This document shows, piece after piece, positions 19,166-28,874 of a DNA stretch of 64,000 nt (its first letter is position 1; every line of letters starts with the position of its first letter). Origin of the DNA: Bacillota bacterium (GTDB lineage Bacteria > Bacillota > Clostridia > Acetivibrionales > DSM-1351); contig JAEZIB010000155.1 in the NCBI GenBank assembly GCA_023416275.1, positions 7,260 through 71,259 on the forward strand, in the 5' to 3' direction. The position numbers and the translations under genes were made by a program. Below the pieces are notes generated by a model. That model was given only the letters and a program-made list of their open reading frames with translations, was not told where the DNA came from and did no database searches.

Positions 19166-20401
19166 CTAATAAAATAATTCTTTAAGCGAAATAAACAATT
19201 TCTTGAGAAAACTTTTATTTTTAGTCTTTTTATTTGTTTCAGGATTATCTTTTTTACTTATAGTGCTTGCTTCCTTATCTTGTTTTGCAATAAACTTAAC
19301 TATTCCTGCTGCAGTACAATATTCCAGAGAAGTAATATCTTTAAGCTTTGGTGAGGCAACTCTAACAGGTAATTGAAAAATCTCATTTGCAAGTTGAGAG
19401 GCACCATCTAAAGAAGAAATACCATTACCTGACAATACAACACCGGCTCCATAGCTTCCAAGACAATTTTTCTCAATCATATCATGGCAAAGACTAAATA
19501 TTTCACAAACCCTTGCCTCTATTACTTCTATCGCATCAGATACCATTATATTTTTCTTGAAACTCTCACTTATGTCATTTACAGATATCTCTTGATCATT
19601 TTTTATTAGGCTGGTTGCTGCCAACTGAAACTGCTTCTTTATTCTTTCAGACTCTGCATAAGACATTTTTAAGGCTATAGATAGGTCATTGGAAATATGA
19701 TCGCCTCCAACAGCAAAACAGTGATTCATTACCAACTTCTCGTTTTTGAATACACTTACTTCTGTAGTTCCACCACCTATGTCAACCAAAATAACTCCCA
19801 TGTCCTTTTCATCTGGCATCAGAATACATTCTCCGGCTGCAAAGCCTTCAGCTACAAGCCCATCAACTTTGATACCCGCTTTTTCAACACTCCTGATTAT
19901 ATTTTGAACGGATATTATTTTCCCTATTACTACGTCAAAATCACCTTCTAACATAGAACCTTTCATACCAACAGGATCAATTATTCCATCATATCCATCC
20001 ACAATAAATTGACTTGGTACAACATCTATAACTTCACAATCCTCTGCTATAGGTATTGTTCCAGCAGAATAAATAAGCTTCTGCACATCCTCTTTTGTGA
20101 TTTCTTTATTGCTGCTAATAACATTAGTAAAATTTCTATGCTTGATTATATTAGTATGTAGCCCTGAAATGTTTATATATGCTGAAATAACCTTTACCTC
20201 AGATTGAGCTTCAGCAATTCTGACAGAATTACGAATGGAATCAGATGTAGCATCAATGTCAATAATTATTCCCTTTTTGACTCCGGTACAAGAGGATATC
20301 CCCCTACCTAAAATTTCAACTTCTAGTGCTCTGTCAACTTTACCAATAACAGTACTTACTTTTGAAGTACCTATATCTATCCCTACAATGATATCAGACA
20401 C
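19166..20401 (-). CDS. ftsA: cell division protein FtsA
   Basis: Actin-like ATPase fold (GIDIGTSKV, DIGGGTTE), 411 aa, immediately upstream of ftsZ. GTG start. Confidence 0.9.
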   Translation of the reverse strand: MSDIIVGIDIGTSKVSTVIGKVDRALEVEILGRGISSCTGVKKGIIIDIDATSDSIRNSVRIAEAQSEVKVISAYINISGLHTNIIKHRNFTNVISSNKEITKEDVQKLIYSAGTIPIAEDCEVIDVVPSQFIVDGYDGIIDPVGMKGSMLEGDFDVVIGKIISVQNIIRSVEKAGIKVDGLVAEGFAAGECILMPDEKDMGVILVDIGGGTTEVSVFKNEKLVMNHCFAVGGDHISNDLSIALKMSYAESERIKKQFQLAATSLIKNDQEISVNDISESFKKNIMVSDAIEVIEARVCEIFSLCHDMIEKNCLGSYGAGVVLSGNGISSLDGASQLANEIFQLPVRVASPKLKDITSLEYCTAAGIVKFIAKQDKEASTISKKDNPETNKKTKNKSFLKKLFISLKELFY

Positions 20402-20446
20402 AAAACTGACCCCCTAATATTCTTACCAAATACCCTTCAAAAGTAC

Positions 20447-20809
20447 TTATGTTTCCTCTTTAACTATATTATCTTTTTTGAAGAACTTATTCAATACAAA
20501 TCTTCTAATTAATGCAAAGTTTAAAAACAATCTATTACCAAATGCAAATATAGCTGCAAGGTATATCTGAAGACCTAATTTATCGCCAATATAAGCCAGA
20601 ATGGCAGCTAAAAGTGCGTTACCAAAAAATCCTGACAGAAAAATTCTCATATCAAACTTTTTATTTATTGTTGCTACCAAACCACCAAAAACAGAGTCCA
20701 AGGCTGCAAGTATTGCAACTGCAACGTATGTAAAATACTCTGATGGAATAGTTATTGGAATAAACATACCTATTAATATCCCTGCAATTAATCCTAAAAT
20801 TGGTATCAT
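20447..20809 (-). CDS. sbp: small basic membrane protein (Sbp, DUF1290 family)
   Basis: 120 aa with 3-4 TM segments and a basic C-terminus. It sits between ftsQ/divIB and ftsA, as in Bacillus. Confidence 0.75.
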   Translation of the reverse strand: MIPILGLIAGILIGMFIPITIPSEYFTYVAVAILAALDSVFGGLVATINKKFDMRIFLSGFFGNALLAAILAYIGDKLGLQIYLAAIFAFGNRLFLNFALIRRFVLNKFFKKDNIVKEET

Positions 20810-20865
20810 AATATCTTCCTTTCATATGTCGCATCATCCAATGCAAATTAACTTATAATTATTTT

Positions 20866-21705
20866 TTAGTCCTTAGGTACAAAATATGGGTTATCACTGC
20901 CAGTTGAAAAAACTATGGTACCTTTCTGATTTTTGGTAATATTGTTTGTAAATATCTGTTTAAAAACTTTCAAATCATATTCAATGTTATCAAAATCTCC
21001 GAATTCAGCATCTATTCTTCCTTCAAAATTAGCTGTTACACAATTAATATCCGAAACCTTAATGGAAGTAAGCTTTTCATAAAACTTAATTTTTGATGTT
21101 TTATCACTTTTTAATAGTATATCACAAAATGGTATTAATAACTGCAGTGGAGATTCTCCTTTAAATTTTACCTCTTGTCCTAAATTATAGCTATCCACCG
21201 ATGTACCTATTATTTTAAAATATTTCTTTTTTATTTCAGAATCTTTAATGATTTCTAAAGCATATCCTTCTTTATCAATCAGTACGCTTGTCCCATTAGT
21301 ATCTAGAATTGCAAAAGGAGTTCTCTCTTGAATTTTAATTCTTATTGCTTTAGGTAACAAAGGTCTGACGCTAATAGATTTGACATATGGCATGGACTCA
21401 TAAACATTTTGTTCCCTATCGTTGAATCTAAAGGATATTAAATTCTTTGGTTTTTCTCCTAACATTTTAAATACATTTTGTCCTGTGATAAGCCCGGTAC
21501 TATATATTATATCGTTAGATGAATACTTTTTGTTACCTGCCACTTTAATTTCATCAACTATAAAAAAAGATGAGCGCGCAAAAATAATAGCAGCAATGCT
21601 AATAATAATAGTGAGCAATAATTTTCTAATTCTTTTTGCTCTCGCACGCTTCCTTTTTGAATCTTTTGTTTTTTTGTAAACAGCATTATTTGAAGTCTTT
21701 TTCAT
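20866..21705 (-). CDS. ftsQ: cell division protein FtsQ/DivIB
   Basis: Basic N-terminus, a single TM segment, then a POTRA-like region (IVDEIKVAGNKKYS). Position is in the dcw cluster. Confidence 0.75.
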   Translation of the reverse strand: MKKTSNNAVYKKTKDSKRKRARAKRIRKLLLTIIISIAAIIFARSSFFIVDEIKVAGNKKYSSNDIIYSTGLITGQNVFKMLGEKPKNLISFRFNDREQNVYESMPYVKSISVRPLLPKAIRIKIQERTPFAILDTNGTSVLIDKEGYALEIIKDSEIKKKYFKIIGTSVDSYNLGQEVKFKGESPLQLLIPFCDILLKSDKTSKIKFYEKLTSIKVSDINCVTANFEGRIDAEFGDFDNIEYDLKVFKQIFTNNITKNQKGTIVFSTGSDNPYFVPKD

Positions 21706-21711
21706 TTGTAT

Positions 21712-22631
21712 CTATATCCTTGTTATCTCTGCCCCAATTTCAGACAGTTTCTCTTCAACATTGTAATAACCTCTGTCAATGTGTTCAAGACCAGTAATAA
21801 TAGTCTCACCATGAGCAGCCAAACCAGCTAAAATCAATGCCGCACCCCCACGCAAATCCCTCGCTACTACCTGTGCACCATTAAGTCGGTTAACACCTTT
21901 TATAACAGCCATGCGGCCATCTATTCTGATATTAGCCCCCATTTTCAGCAACTCATCGACATGTTTATATCTGCTTTCAAATATTGTTTCGATAATAATA
22001 CTTGTGCCTTTGCATAAAGTTAATAATGCCATCATCTGAGCCTGCATATCAGTAGGAAATCCTGGGTATGGTAAGGTTCTGATTACTTCTACTGCATCTA
22101 ACTTAGTTCCTGAGATTACTTGGATATCATTGCGCTTGATATTAATCTGACATCCCAAATCCCTCAAGACTGATGCAATTGAAATAATGTGCTCAGGTAT
22201 AATATCCTTAATCGTTACATTACCACCTGTTATAGCCGATGCCACCATGTATGTTCCGGATATTATTCTATCTGGAATCACAGTATGTTCTACTTTAGTT
22301 AATTTTTTCTCATATCCCTTTATCCTAATAATGCTTGAACCAGCTCCGGTAACTTTTGCACCTATTTTTTGAAGAAAATTTTGCAAATCTATTATTTCCG
22401 GTTCTTTTGCTGCATTTCTGATAATAGTATCACCTTGAGCATATACTGCAGCAATCATAGCATTTTCTGTTGCTCCCACACTTGGATAGTCAAGATATAT
22501 TTCACAGCCTTTTAGTCCGTCAGTTTCACAACTTATGTATCCGCCATTAGTATCATTTATTTTGGCGCCTAAGCTTCTAAGTGCTTTTAAGTGTAAATCA
22601 ATAGGTCTTGGGCCTATTTCACAACCACCTG
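21712..22631 (-). pseudogene. murA: murA, C-terminal roughly three quarters (from the active-site GGC onward), severed from its 5' part
   Basis: Reads GGCEIGPRPIDLHLKALRSLGAKI... through to a normal MurA C-terminus. The 60 upstream codons of the track ORF translate a family-A repeat. No SD or plausible start codon is present. Confidence 0.85.
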
Positions 22632-22782
22632 AATGTGTTACTATATTGGCAAAATCACTTGTGTTATTTAAGATTCGATAATGCACCATGTTTGCACAAA
22701 CACTTCTATATTGACAAAAACCACTTGTGGGCTTTGGGGCTCGAAAACGCACCATGTATGCAGCAATTTTCGTTTCGAGCTT
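22632..22782 (-). repeat. family-A repeat copy forming the left end of the segment that interrupts murA
   Basis: AATGTGTTACTATATT terminus (22632-22647), a partial unit ..GCACCATGTTTGCACA.., a hairpin AAAAACCACTTGTGGGCTTT, and the palindromic unit GCTCGAAAACGCACCATGTATGCAGCAATTTTCGTTTCGAGC (22739-22780). Confidence 0.8.
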
Positions 22783-23052
22783 ATTATACCACAATTTAAT
22801 ATTACCCAGCAATTGTGATATTTGAGGATATTAATGTCAATAATTATAAACAAAGTTAAATACTATAGCAGCAACTTTTTATATGCAAAAGATGATTTGT
22901 TAAATTAAAACATTATAATAACTTATTTATATGATATAATGTGTAATTGAAATGTTTTAGATATACCATTTATTGATGATTACATATTTTAGAAATTATA
23001 ACAAAGGAGGCCATAATCCATTTTACACGGAAATACGGAGATGGATAATATT

Positions 23053-24456
23053 ATGAAATTAAGACAAGTTATCTCTATTATTATATCCAAACTAACTATT
23101 TCTTTATTGCACCTTTTGAAAAGTGGCGGCACTACTCTGCCCGGAAAAGTAGCATTTAAGCTATACCCAGGTATACTTAAATCAATTGCAGAAAACTTTG
23201 AGATTATAATGGTTACTGGTACCAATGGCAAGACTACTACAACAAGGATTGTAGAAGAAATTCTAAAAAACAACAATGTAGATTACATAACAAATAAATC
23301 TGGCGCTAATCTTTTAAGTGGAATAACAACTTTATTCATTCAAGCAGTTTCAATTAGTGGAAAGCCAAAACATAGGGTTGCTCTCATTGAAAGTGACGAG
23401 GCTGCCTTTAATCAGGTAACAAAGCATATTACTCCAAAAGCTGTTATCGTTACAAACTTTTTTAGAGACCAATTAGATAGATACGGCGAACTTTATTCTA
23501 CACTAAATGCTGTAAAATCTGGTCTTGACCGAATTAGTGGTAATACAACTTTAATTTTAAATGCAGATGACTCAATGTGTGCATCTCTGGGAATAGATAC
23601 CATAAAACCAGTAATTTACTATGGGATTAATCAACAGGCATATCAAGGTTCTTCAGAAAATACAAATTCCGATGCTATGTTCTGTATCCTATGCAAAAAT
23701 AAATATGAGTATTCAAATCATATTTATGGACATCTAGGAGGCTTCTACTGTACTAATTGCGGATATAAAAGGCCCGATGCTCATCTAGAATGTATTGAAA
23801 TACAAGAAGCTGGTAGCAGCTACTCTACTATTAAATGCAAATGCTCATCCTCTTTGTCGCAAGAAAACAATGAGTTTGTCACCCGAATAAATCTTCCTGG
23901 ATTGTACAACATTTATAATGCAATGTCTGCTGCTGCTTGTGGTCTTGCTTTAGATTATAAGGTTGAGACTATATCAAGTGCGCTAAAATCCTTTGAATCT
24001 GGCTTTGGCAGAATGGAAGCAATAAATGTTATGGACAAGACTATTAAGCTAATACTTGTTAAAAATCCTACAGGATTTAATCAAGTTCTCAGCTTTTTAG
24101 CTCTTGAGAATCAAGCGTTAAATACTGCTTTTTTGATTAATGATAACTTAGCTGATGGAACCGATATTTCATGGCTGTGGGATGTTGATTTTGAGCAATT
24201 GAATAATGTATCCGATAAAATTGACGGATTGATTACCTCAGGTGTAAGGGGCGAGGATATGGCTGTACGCCTCAAATATAGTGGTCTTGACACCTCTAAG
24301 ATCAAAATAATAAAGGATTATCACATGCTAATTGAAGAAGGCTTGAAAAAGACACCTCCGGGAGGCTGTTTTTACATCCTTCCCACATACACTGCAATGC
24401 TTGACATTCGTAGTATTTTAAAGAAAAAGTTTAATCTAAAGGAGTTCTGGAAATAA
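23053..24456 (+). CDS. murT: lipid II isoglutaminyl synthase subunit MurT (Mur ligase family with DUF1727)
   Basis: P-loop VTGTNGKTTT, the Cys4 ribbon CILC...CTNC typical of MurT, and one-nucleotide overlap (TAATG) with gatD. Start chosen at ATG 23053 (GGAG N9). Confidence 0.85.
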   Translation: MKLRQVISIIISKLTISLLHLLKSGGTTLPGKVAFKLYPGILKSIAENFEIIMVTGTNGKTTTTRIVEEILKNNNVDYITNKSGANLLSGITTLFIQAVSISGKPKHRVALIESDEAAFNQVTKHITPKAVIVTNFFRDQLDRYGELYSTLNAVKSGLDRISGNTTLILNADDSMCASLGIDTIKPVIYYGINQQAYQGSSENTNSDAMFCILCKNKYEYSNHIYGHLGGFYCTNCGYKRPDAHLECIEIQEAGSSYSTIKCKCSSSLSQENNEFVTRINLPGLYNIYNAMSAAACGLALDYKVETISSALKSFESGFGRMEAINVMDKTIKLILVKNPTGFNQVLSFLALENQALNTAFLINDNLADGTDISWLWDVDFEQLNNVSDKIDGLITSGVRGEDMAVRLKYSGLDTSKIKIIKDYHMLIEEGLKKTPPGGCFYILPTYTAMLDIRSILKKKFNLKEFWK

Positions 24457-25202
24457 TGTTAGATTTAAATATTTGTCATCTATACCCTGATCTACTGAAT
24501 ACCTACGGAGACAGAGGAAATTTGTTAGCTCTTCAAAAACGGGCTCAGTGGCATGGCATTAATACAACTGTACAAAACGTAACAATTGGTGATAATTTTG
24601 ACGCTTCTGCTTTCGATATTATTTTTTTAGGTGGTGGACAAGATTATGAGCAAGAAATTATCCAAAAAGATGTTCTAGAACAAAAGAACACTGAAATAAA
24701 AAATGCCATTGACAATATGAAGGTTTTTCTATGTATTTGCGGTGGCTATCAGCTTATGGGTAAATATTACAAAACCTGGGACGGCAAGGAGATAGAGTTT
24801 CTTGGAGCTCTAGATTTATGGACTGTTGGTGGCAAGGAAAGAATGATAGGAAATATTGTTTTTGAAAGCGATTTTATAATGGATAATGGCAATCCTCTTA
24901 AAATTGTTGGATTTGAAAATCACTCAGGCAGAACTTACTTAGGTGAAAATATTCGTCCTTTGGGTAAGGTCCTCTTTGGTAATGGAAATAACGGTACTGA
25001 TGGTTATGAAGGAGCGGTATACAATAATGTTTACTGTTCCTATTCTCATGGAAGCCTTCTTCCTAAAAATCCTATGCTGACAGATCATTTACTGACTTTA
25101 GCATTAAAACAAAAATATAATGATTTTGATTCCCTTGGGATGTTGGATGATACATTTGAAAATGCAGCAAGAAACACTGTTATTCAAAGAATACTAAAAT
25201 AA
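24456..25202 (+). CDS. gatD: glutamine amidotransferase GatD (CobQ-like GATase, MurT partner)
   Basis: Nucleophile elbow ICGGYQLMG plus the downstream His region. Overlaps the murT stop by one nucleotide. Confidence 0.85.
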   Translation: MLDLNICHLYPDLLNTYGDRGNLLALQKRAQWHGINTTVQNVTIGDNFDASAFDIIFLGGGQDYEQEIIQKDVLEQKNTEIKNAIDNMKVFLCICGGYQLMGKYYKTWDGKEIEFLGALDLWTVGGKERMIGNIVFESDFIMDNGNPLKIVGFENHSGRTYLGENIRPLGKVLFGNGNNGTDGYEGAVYNNVYCSYSHGSLLPKNPMLTDHLLTLALKQKYNDFDSLGMLDDTFENAARNTVIQRILK

Positions 25203-25248
25203 AAAAGCTGATATTTTTTTGTTAAATTTTACAATATTAAAAAAATGG

Positions 25249-25278
25249 TTGACTTCATTTGTAAAAACATGTTAGTAT
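25249..25278 (+). promoter_or_regulatory. putative sigma-A promoter of the aroF leader
   Basis: TTGACT-18 nt-TAGTAT immediately upstream of the T-box leader. Confidence 0.4.
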
Positions 25279-25299
25279 TTATTTAATATAATATTTGTA

Positions 25300-25575
25300 A
25301 CGAAATGTGATGAATGGGAAAAGTAAATTATATGTGTCTTTACAGCGAGCAATGAGATGATGGAAGCATTGCAGGATAGTATACTTGAAGTTCTCCCACG
25401 AACAGTTGGCTGAAACTTATATGTAGGTCGTACCGGGTCTTCCCGTTATAGAAGGAGTGTATCGGATAGCTTATGGTTTTCCTGTACATGTATGAGTGGG
25501 TTTTAACCAATTTGGGTGGTAACGCGTGGATACAAGTCTTCGTCCCTATTTTATTAGGGATGAGGGCTTTTTTTA
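25300..25575 (+). promoter_or_regulatory. T-box leader (probably Phe-specific) with intrinsic terminator
   Basis: GTGATGA K-turn motif and Stem-I motifs AGCGAG and GATGATGGAAG. T-box core CAATTTGGGTGGTAACGCG at 25508-25526. A 13-bp terminator stem (25536-25548 with 25555-25567) is followed by U7. The specifier context GAAG-UUC-U (25391-25393) parallels GAAU-UAC-A in the tyrS leader of this window. Confidence 0.85.
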
Positions 25576-25690
25576 TTTAAAAATACCTACTGCATAGTTC
25601 ATCACGAACCATTAACAGGTATAGCAAAGCAATTAAATCAAACAAGTATTAAACGTCTAAAAATTAACTTATCAAAGGAGGTGCAAGTCC

Positions 25691-25717
25691 ATGTCATTTC
25701 TATATTACTTATTGTAG
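25691..25717 (+). CDS. 8-codon upstream [11 protein letters not shown] (translational-coupling or leader peptide candidate)
   Basis: Strong SD (AAAGGAGGTG N8 ATG). The stop TAG is followed after 1 nt by the ATG at 25719. The aroF starts themselves have no good SD. Confidence 0.3.
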   Translation: MSFLYYLL

Positions 25718-25718
25718 A

Positions 25719-26753
25719 ATGCAGGACATGGATATAATTATGATTATAGTAATGAAGCAGAATGCAACAAATCAAGATATTCAAAATGTTGAAAACAGGT
25801 TAATAGAGCTTGGGTTTAAAACACACCCTATAATGGGAGAAATAAAAACAGTTATCGGTGCTATCGGTGATAAAAGACTTCTAAATATTCACGCTGTTTC
25901 ACAAATGCAGGGTGTTGAAACGCTGGTTCCGATTATGAAGCCTTACAAGCTGGCAAGCAATGAACTGCAGCAAACACCTACAATAATTGATTTAGGAGAT
26001 GTAAAAATCGGTGGTAATGAAATTGTTGTAATGGCTGGGCCTTGTGCAATTGAGAATGAAAAGGATTTCGTCTCAACGGCTGTCAGTGTTAAGAACAGTG
26101 GAGCTAAAATACTTCGTGGCGGCGCATTTAAGCCAAGAAGCTCTCCATATGCATTTCAAGGACTTGAGGAAGATGGTCTCAAAATAATGGTAGCAGGTCG
26201 TGAAGCAACAGGACTTAAGCTAGTAACAGAAGTAGTTGACACCCGAGATGTAGAGCTTGTAAACAAATATACGGATATTTTCCAAATAGGTGCCCGAAAT
26301 ATGCAAAACTTCAGACTGCTAAGCGAAGTAGGTATGACAAACAAACCTGTTCTTCTCAAAAGGGGCTTATCTGCAACAATTGAAGAATGGTTAATGGCAG
26401 CTGAATATATAATTGCTGAAGGAAACCAAAACGTAATTCTTTGTGAAAGAGGTATACGTACGTATGAAACAATGACAAGAAATACTCTTGATTTAAGTGC
26501 CATCCCTGTAATAAAGGAAGTTTCACATCTGCCAATAATTGTAGACCCAAGTCATGCAACGGGCAATTGGAAATATGTCCCTGCACTTGCTAAAGGTGCT
26601 ATTGCTACAGGTGCTGATGGACTAATAATTGAAGTTCACCTTAATCCCCCAACTGCTCTCTGTGATGGTCCTCAATCACTGAGACCCGAAAGATTTGGTA
26701 CATTAATGGACGAATTGAGACTTGTTGCTCAGTCAGTTCAAAGAACTATCTAA
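25719..26753 (+). CDS. aroF: 3-deoxy-7-phosphoheptulonate (DAHP) synthase, type I-beta with N-terminal regulatory domain
   Basis: The N-terminal ferredoxin-like domain ([17 protein letters not shown]...TVIGAIGD) resembles Thermotoga-type DAHPS and is followed by a KDO8P/DAHP synthase barrel. The start is either 25719 (coupled to the uORF) or 25740. Confidence 0.9.
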   Translation: MQDMDIIMIIVMKQNATNQDIQNVENRLIELGFKTHPIMGEIKTVIGAIGDKRLLNIHAVSQMQGVETLVPIMKPYKLASNELQQTPTIIDLGDVKIGGNEIVVMAGPCAIENEKDFVSTAVSVKNSGAKILRGGAFKPRSSPYAFQGLEEDGLKIMVAGREATGLKLVTEVVDTRDVELVNKYTDIFQIGARNMQNFRLLSEVGMTNKPVLLKRGLSATIEEWLMAAEYIIAEGNQNVILCERGIRTYETMTRNTLDLSAIPVIKEVSHLPIIVDPSHATGNWKYVPALAKGAIATGADGLIIEVHLNPPTALCDGPQSLRPERFGTLMDELRLVAQSVQRTI

Positions 26754-26851
26754 TTGATTTGTAAAATTTGACTTTTGTAATTATTAACTGGATTTTTCGT
26801 TTGAAAATTGTATGTGTTCTACCATAAAAGGGAATTTGCTTAAAACAATTG

Positions 26852-26898
26852 AATGAATTAGTTGTTGAATAAACTATACTAATTCATTTAATTATTTT
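26852..26898 (+). terminator. putative terminator after aroF
   Basis: 10-bp stem AATGAATTAG...CTAATTCATT followed by TAATTATTTT. Confidence 0.4.
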
Positions 26899-27232
26899 AG
26901 CAAGCCATTGATTAATCTTCCATACATGGATTGTTTTTATTTATAAAGTTGAGTTATAAATTATATTAAAAATTTGTAAAACGTTAAGCATTAGTAATTC
27001 AAAGCATATTCCTTTTCCTTTCAGCAAACACCTATTTAATTGTAATGCTTTATATTCCATTTATAGTAAATCATTTTTTGCCATATATATATTATGCCAG
27101 ACAACAGAAAAAACACCTTACTTCACATAAATATCCATTTTAATGTTATCCTGTAAAATACCTAAAATTAAAATAGTATTATCTTTAAGAAGGTGTTATA
27201 TTATGCCTATGGCTTATTCTATTAAATAATTT

Positions 27233-27574
27233 CTAAAAGCCCTCATCAAATGGCTCCATTGAGAATTCTTGTACCCCATTATAAACAACCTTCAGATATT
27301 TTACATCGCCATATTTAGTCTTGTCTGATTCATTTAAAAGAATGTACACTGATGTATTATCATATACTTTAATGTTAATCCTATCAAAAATGTCTTTTTG
27401 CAATACATCCAAAACTGCACTTATGTTCTCAACAGCTGAATGGCTAGACTTGCTTTCAACAATTACCGGCATTTTAGAATTGTCTGGATTTAGTATTTCA
27501 ACATGTATAATTCCAGGCTCAATTACATTGTCTGTAGGATATAGTAAGTCTCTTTCAAAAAGCACTGATTTCAT
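27233..27574 (-). CDS. hypothetical protein (113 aa)
   Basis: ORF with an SD-like GAGGAGG upstream, co-oriented downstream of slt. I recognise no family. Confidence 0.5.
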   Translation of the reverse strand: MKSVLFERDLLYPTDNVIEPGIIHVEILNPDNSKMPVIVESKSSHSAVENISAVLDVLQKDIFDRINIKVYDNTSVYILLNESDKTKYGDVKYLKVVYNGVQEFSMEPFDEGF

Positions 27575-27622
27575 TTTTTTTCCTCCTCATAAAATGAAAT
27601 AATCCATATCTATAAAATATCA

Positions 27623-28201
27623 TTATTTCTGTTCACCGTAAAGCTTTTTGTATATATAATTATATCTTTTAATCTTTTTTACATAGTCCTCAGTTTCTTT
27701 AAAGGGTATTCTATCCAATGTTATACCGTTGCTGCTAATATCTGTATCCTTCAACCATTTTGCTACATTTCCGCTGCCTGCATTATATGCCGATAGTGCA
27801 AGCTCAACATTTTGATTATATTGATTGATTAATTTTGAAATGTACCAGCATCCAATTCTAATATTAGTCTCTGGCTTCAGTAACATACTGCTTTCAAAAT
27901 CCTTTATTTCAATTTTTTCTGCAGCCCACTCTCCAGTGCTATCCATTATTTGCATTAAACCTTTTGCATTTCTAGGTGAAACTGCTTTAGGATTAAAACC
28001 GCTCTCTGCTTTAATAATAGAATAAACAAGATTTTTATTTAAACCATATTCATCAGAATATTTCTCAACATAATTGGAATATTTGGTTGGAAACACCTGT
28101 CTTAAAGCATATCCTGCTAAGTTTACTGAAAAAATAATAAATAATATCAAGAACAAAAAAATAAAAAGTCCTTTTTGACTACTCCTAGTCTTCTTTTTCA
28201 A
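27623..28201 (-). CDS. membrane-anchored lytic transglycosylase (SLT/GH23 domain)
   Basis: N-terminal TM segment and the catalytic motif AESGFNPKAVSPRNAKGLMQIM. Confidence 0.85.
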   Translation of the reverse strand: MKKKTRSSQKGLFIFLFLILFIIFSVNLAGYALRQVFPTKYSNYVEKYSDEYGLNKNLVYSIIKAESGFNPKAVSPRNAKGLMQIMDSTGEWAAEKIEIKDFESSMLLKPETNIRIGCWYISKLINQYNQNVELALSAYNAGSGNVAKWLKDTDISSNGITLDRIPFKETEDYVKKIKRYNYIYKKLYGEQK

Positions 28202-28261
28202 ATAATCACCTCAAAATCAATAAAACTAAGCCTTTTTATAACTATCAGTAAATACAGAGGC

Positions 28262-28867
28262 TTAGTCACACTTATACTTTTCTAAAATGCTGTTAAATTT
28301 ATTTTTAACTTCCTCTTTCAGTTGTAAATAATCACCGTTGTTATAAATAACAGTATTTGCAATGCTAATATACTCTTCTTCAGAAATTTGTGATTTTATT
28401 CTGGACACTGCTTCGTTATAAGTCAACCCACTTCTTTTAATAATCCTGTCAATACGCAACTCCATTCGTGCAGATACTGTCCATACTTGATCGCATAAGT
28501 CTAAAAAACCTGTCTTTATCGGTATTGGGGCATCTATAACAATAATCATAGATTTTTGTTTTGCTAGTTCGTTTACTCTAGCTTGTATTTTCTTAGCCAC
28601 ATGGTTATGCATAATGCAATTCAGCTTTTGAAGCATATCCTCATCTTCAAAAACCATTTCAGCCAGCCTCTTTCTTTTTAGCTGGCCAAACTCATCAACA
28701 ATATCTGTACCAAATGTGTTAACTAGCTCTTCTAATGCATTTTCCCCAGGCATAACAATCTGCCTGCTGATAACATCTGCATCAATAATTTCAGCGCCCA
28801 AGTCTCTAAGTATTTGGCTGACAGTACTCTTACCGCTCCCAATACCTCCTGTTACTCCAAGTACCAT
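28262..28867 (-). CDS. coaE: dephospho-CoA kinase
   Basis: P-loop GVTGGIGSGKST. Start moved to MVLGVTGG (ATG 28867, AAGGA N4), 7 nt after the polA stop. Confidence 0.9.
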   Translation of the reverse strand: MVLGVTGGIGSGKSTVSQILRDLGAEIIDADVISRQIVMPGENALEELVNTFGTDIVDEFGQLKRKRLAEMVFEDEDMLQKLNCIMHNHVAKKIQARVNELAKQKSMIIVIDAPIPIKTGFLDLCDQVWTVSARMELRIDRIIKRSGLTYNEAVSRIKSQISEEEYISIANTVIYNNGDYLQLKEEVKNKFNSILEKYKCD

Positions 28868-28874
28868 TGAATCC

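Noticed and set aside
22989-23276. Minus-strand 95-aa ORF overlapping the murT start. Also the 61-63 aa ORFs at 22608..22799 and 22668..22853.
   Set aside because: They overlap either the murT 5' end or the family-A repeat and have no translation signals. They are AT-rich read-through.
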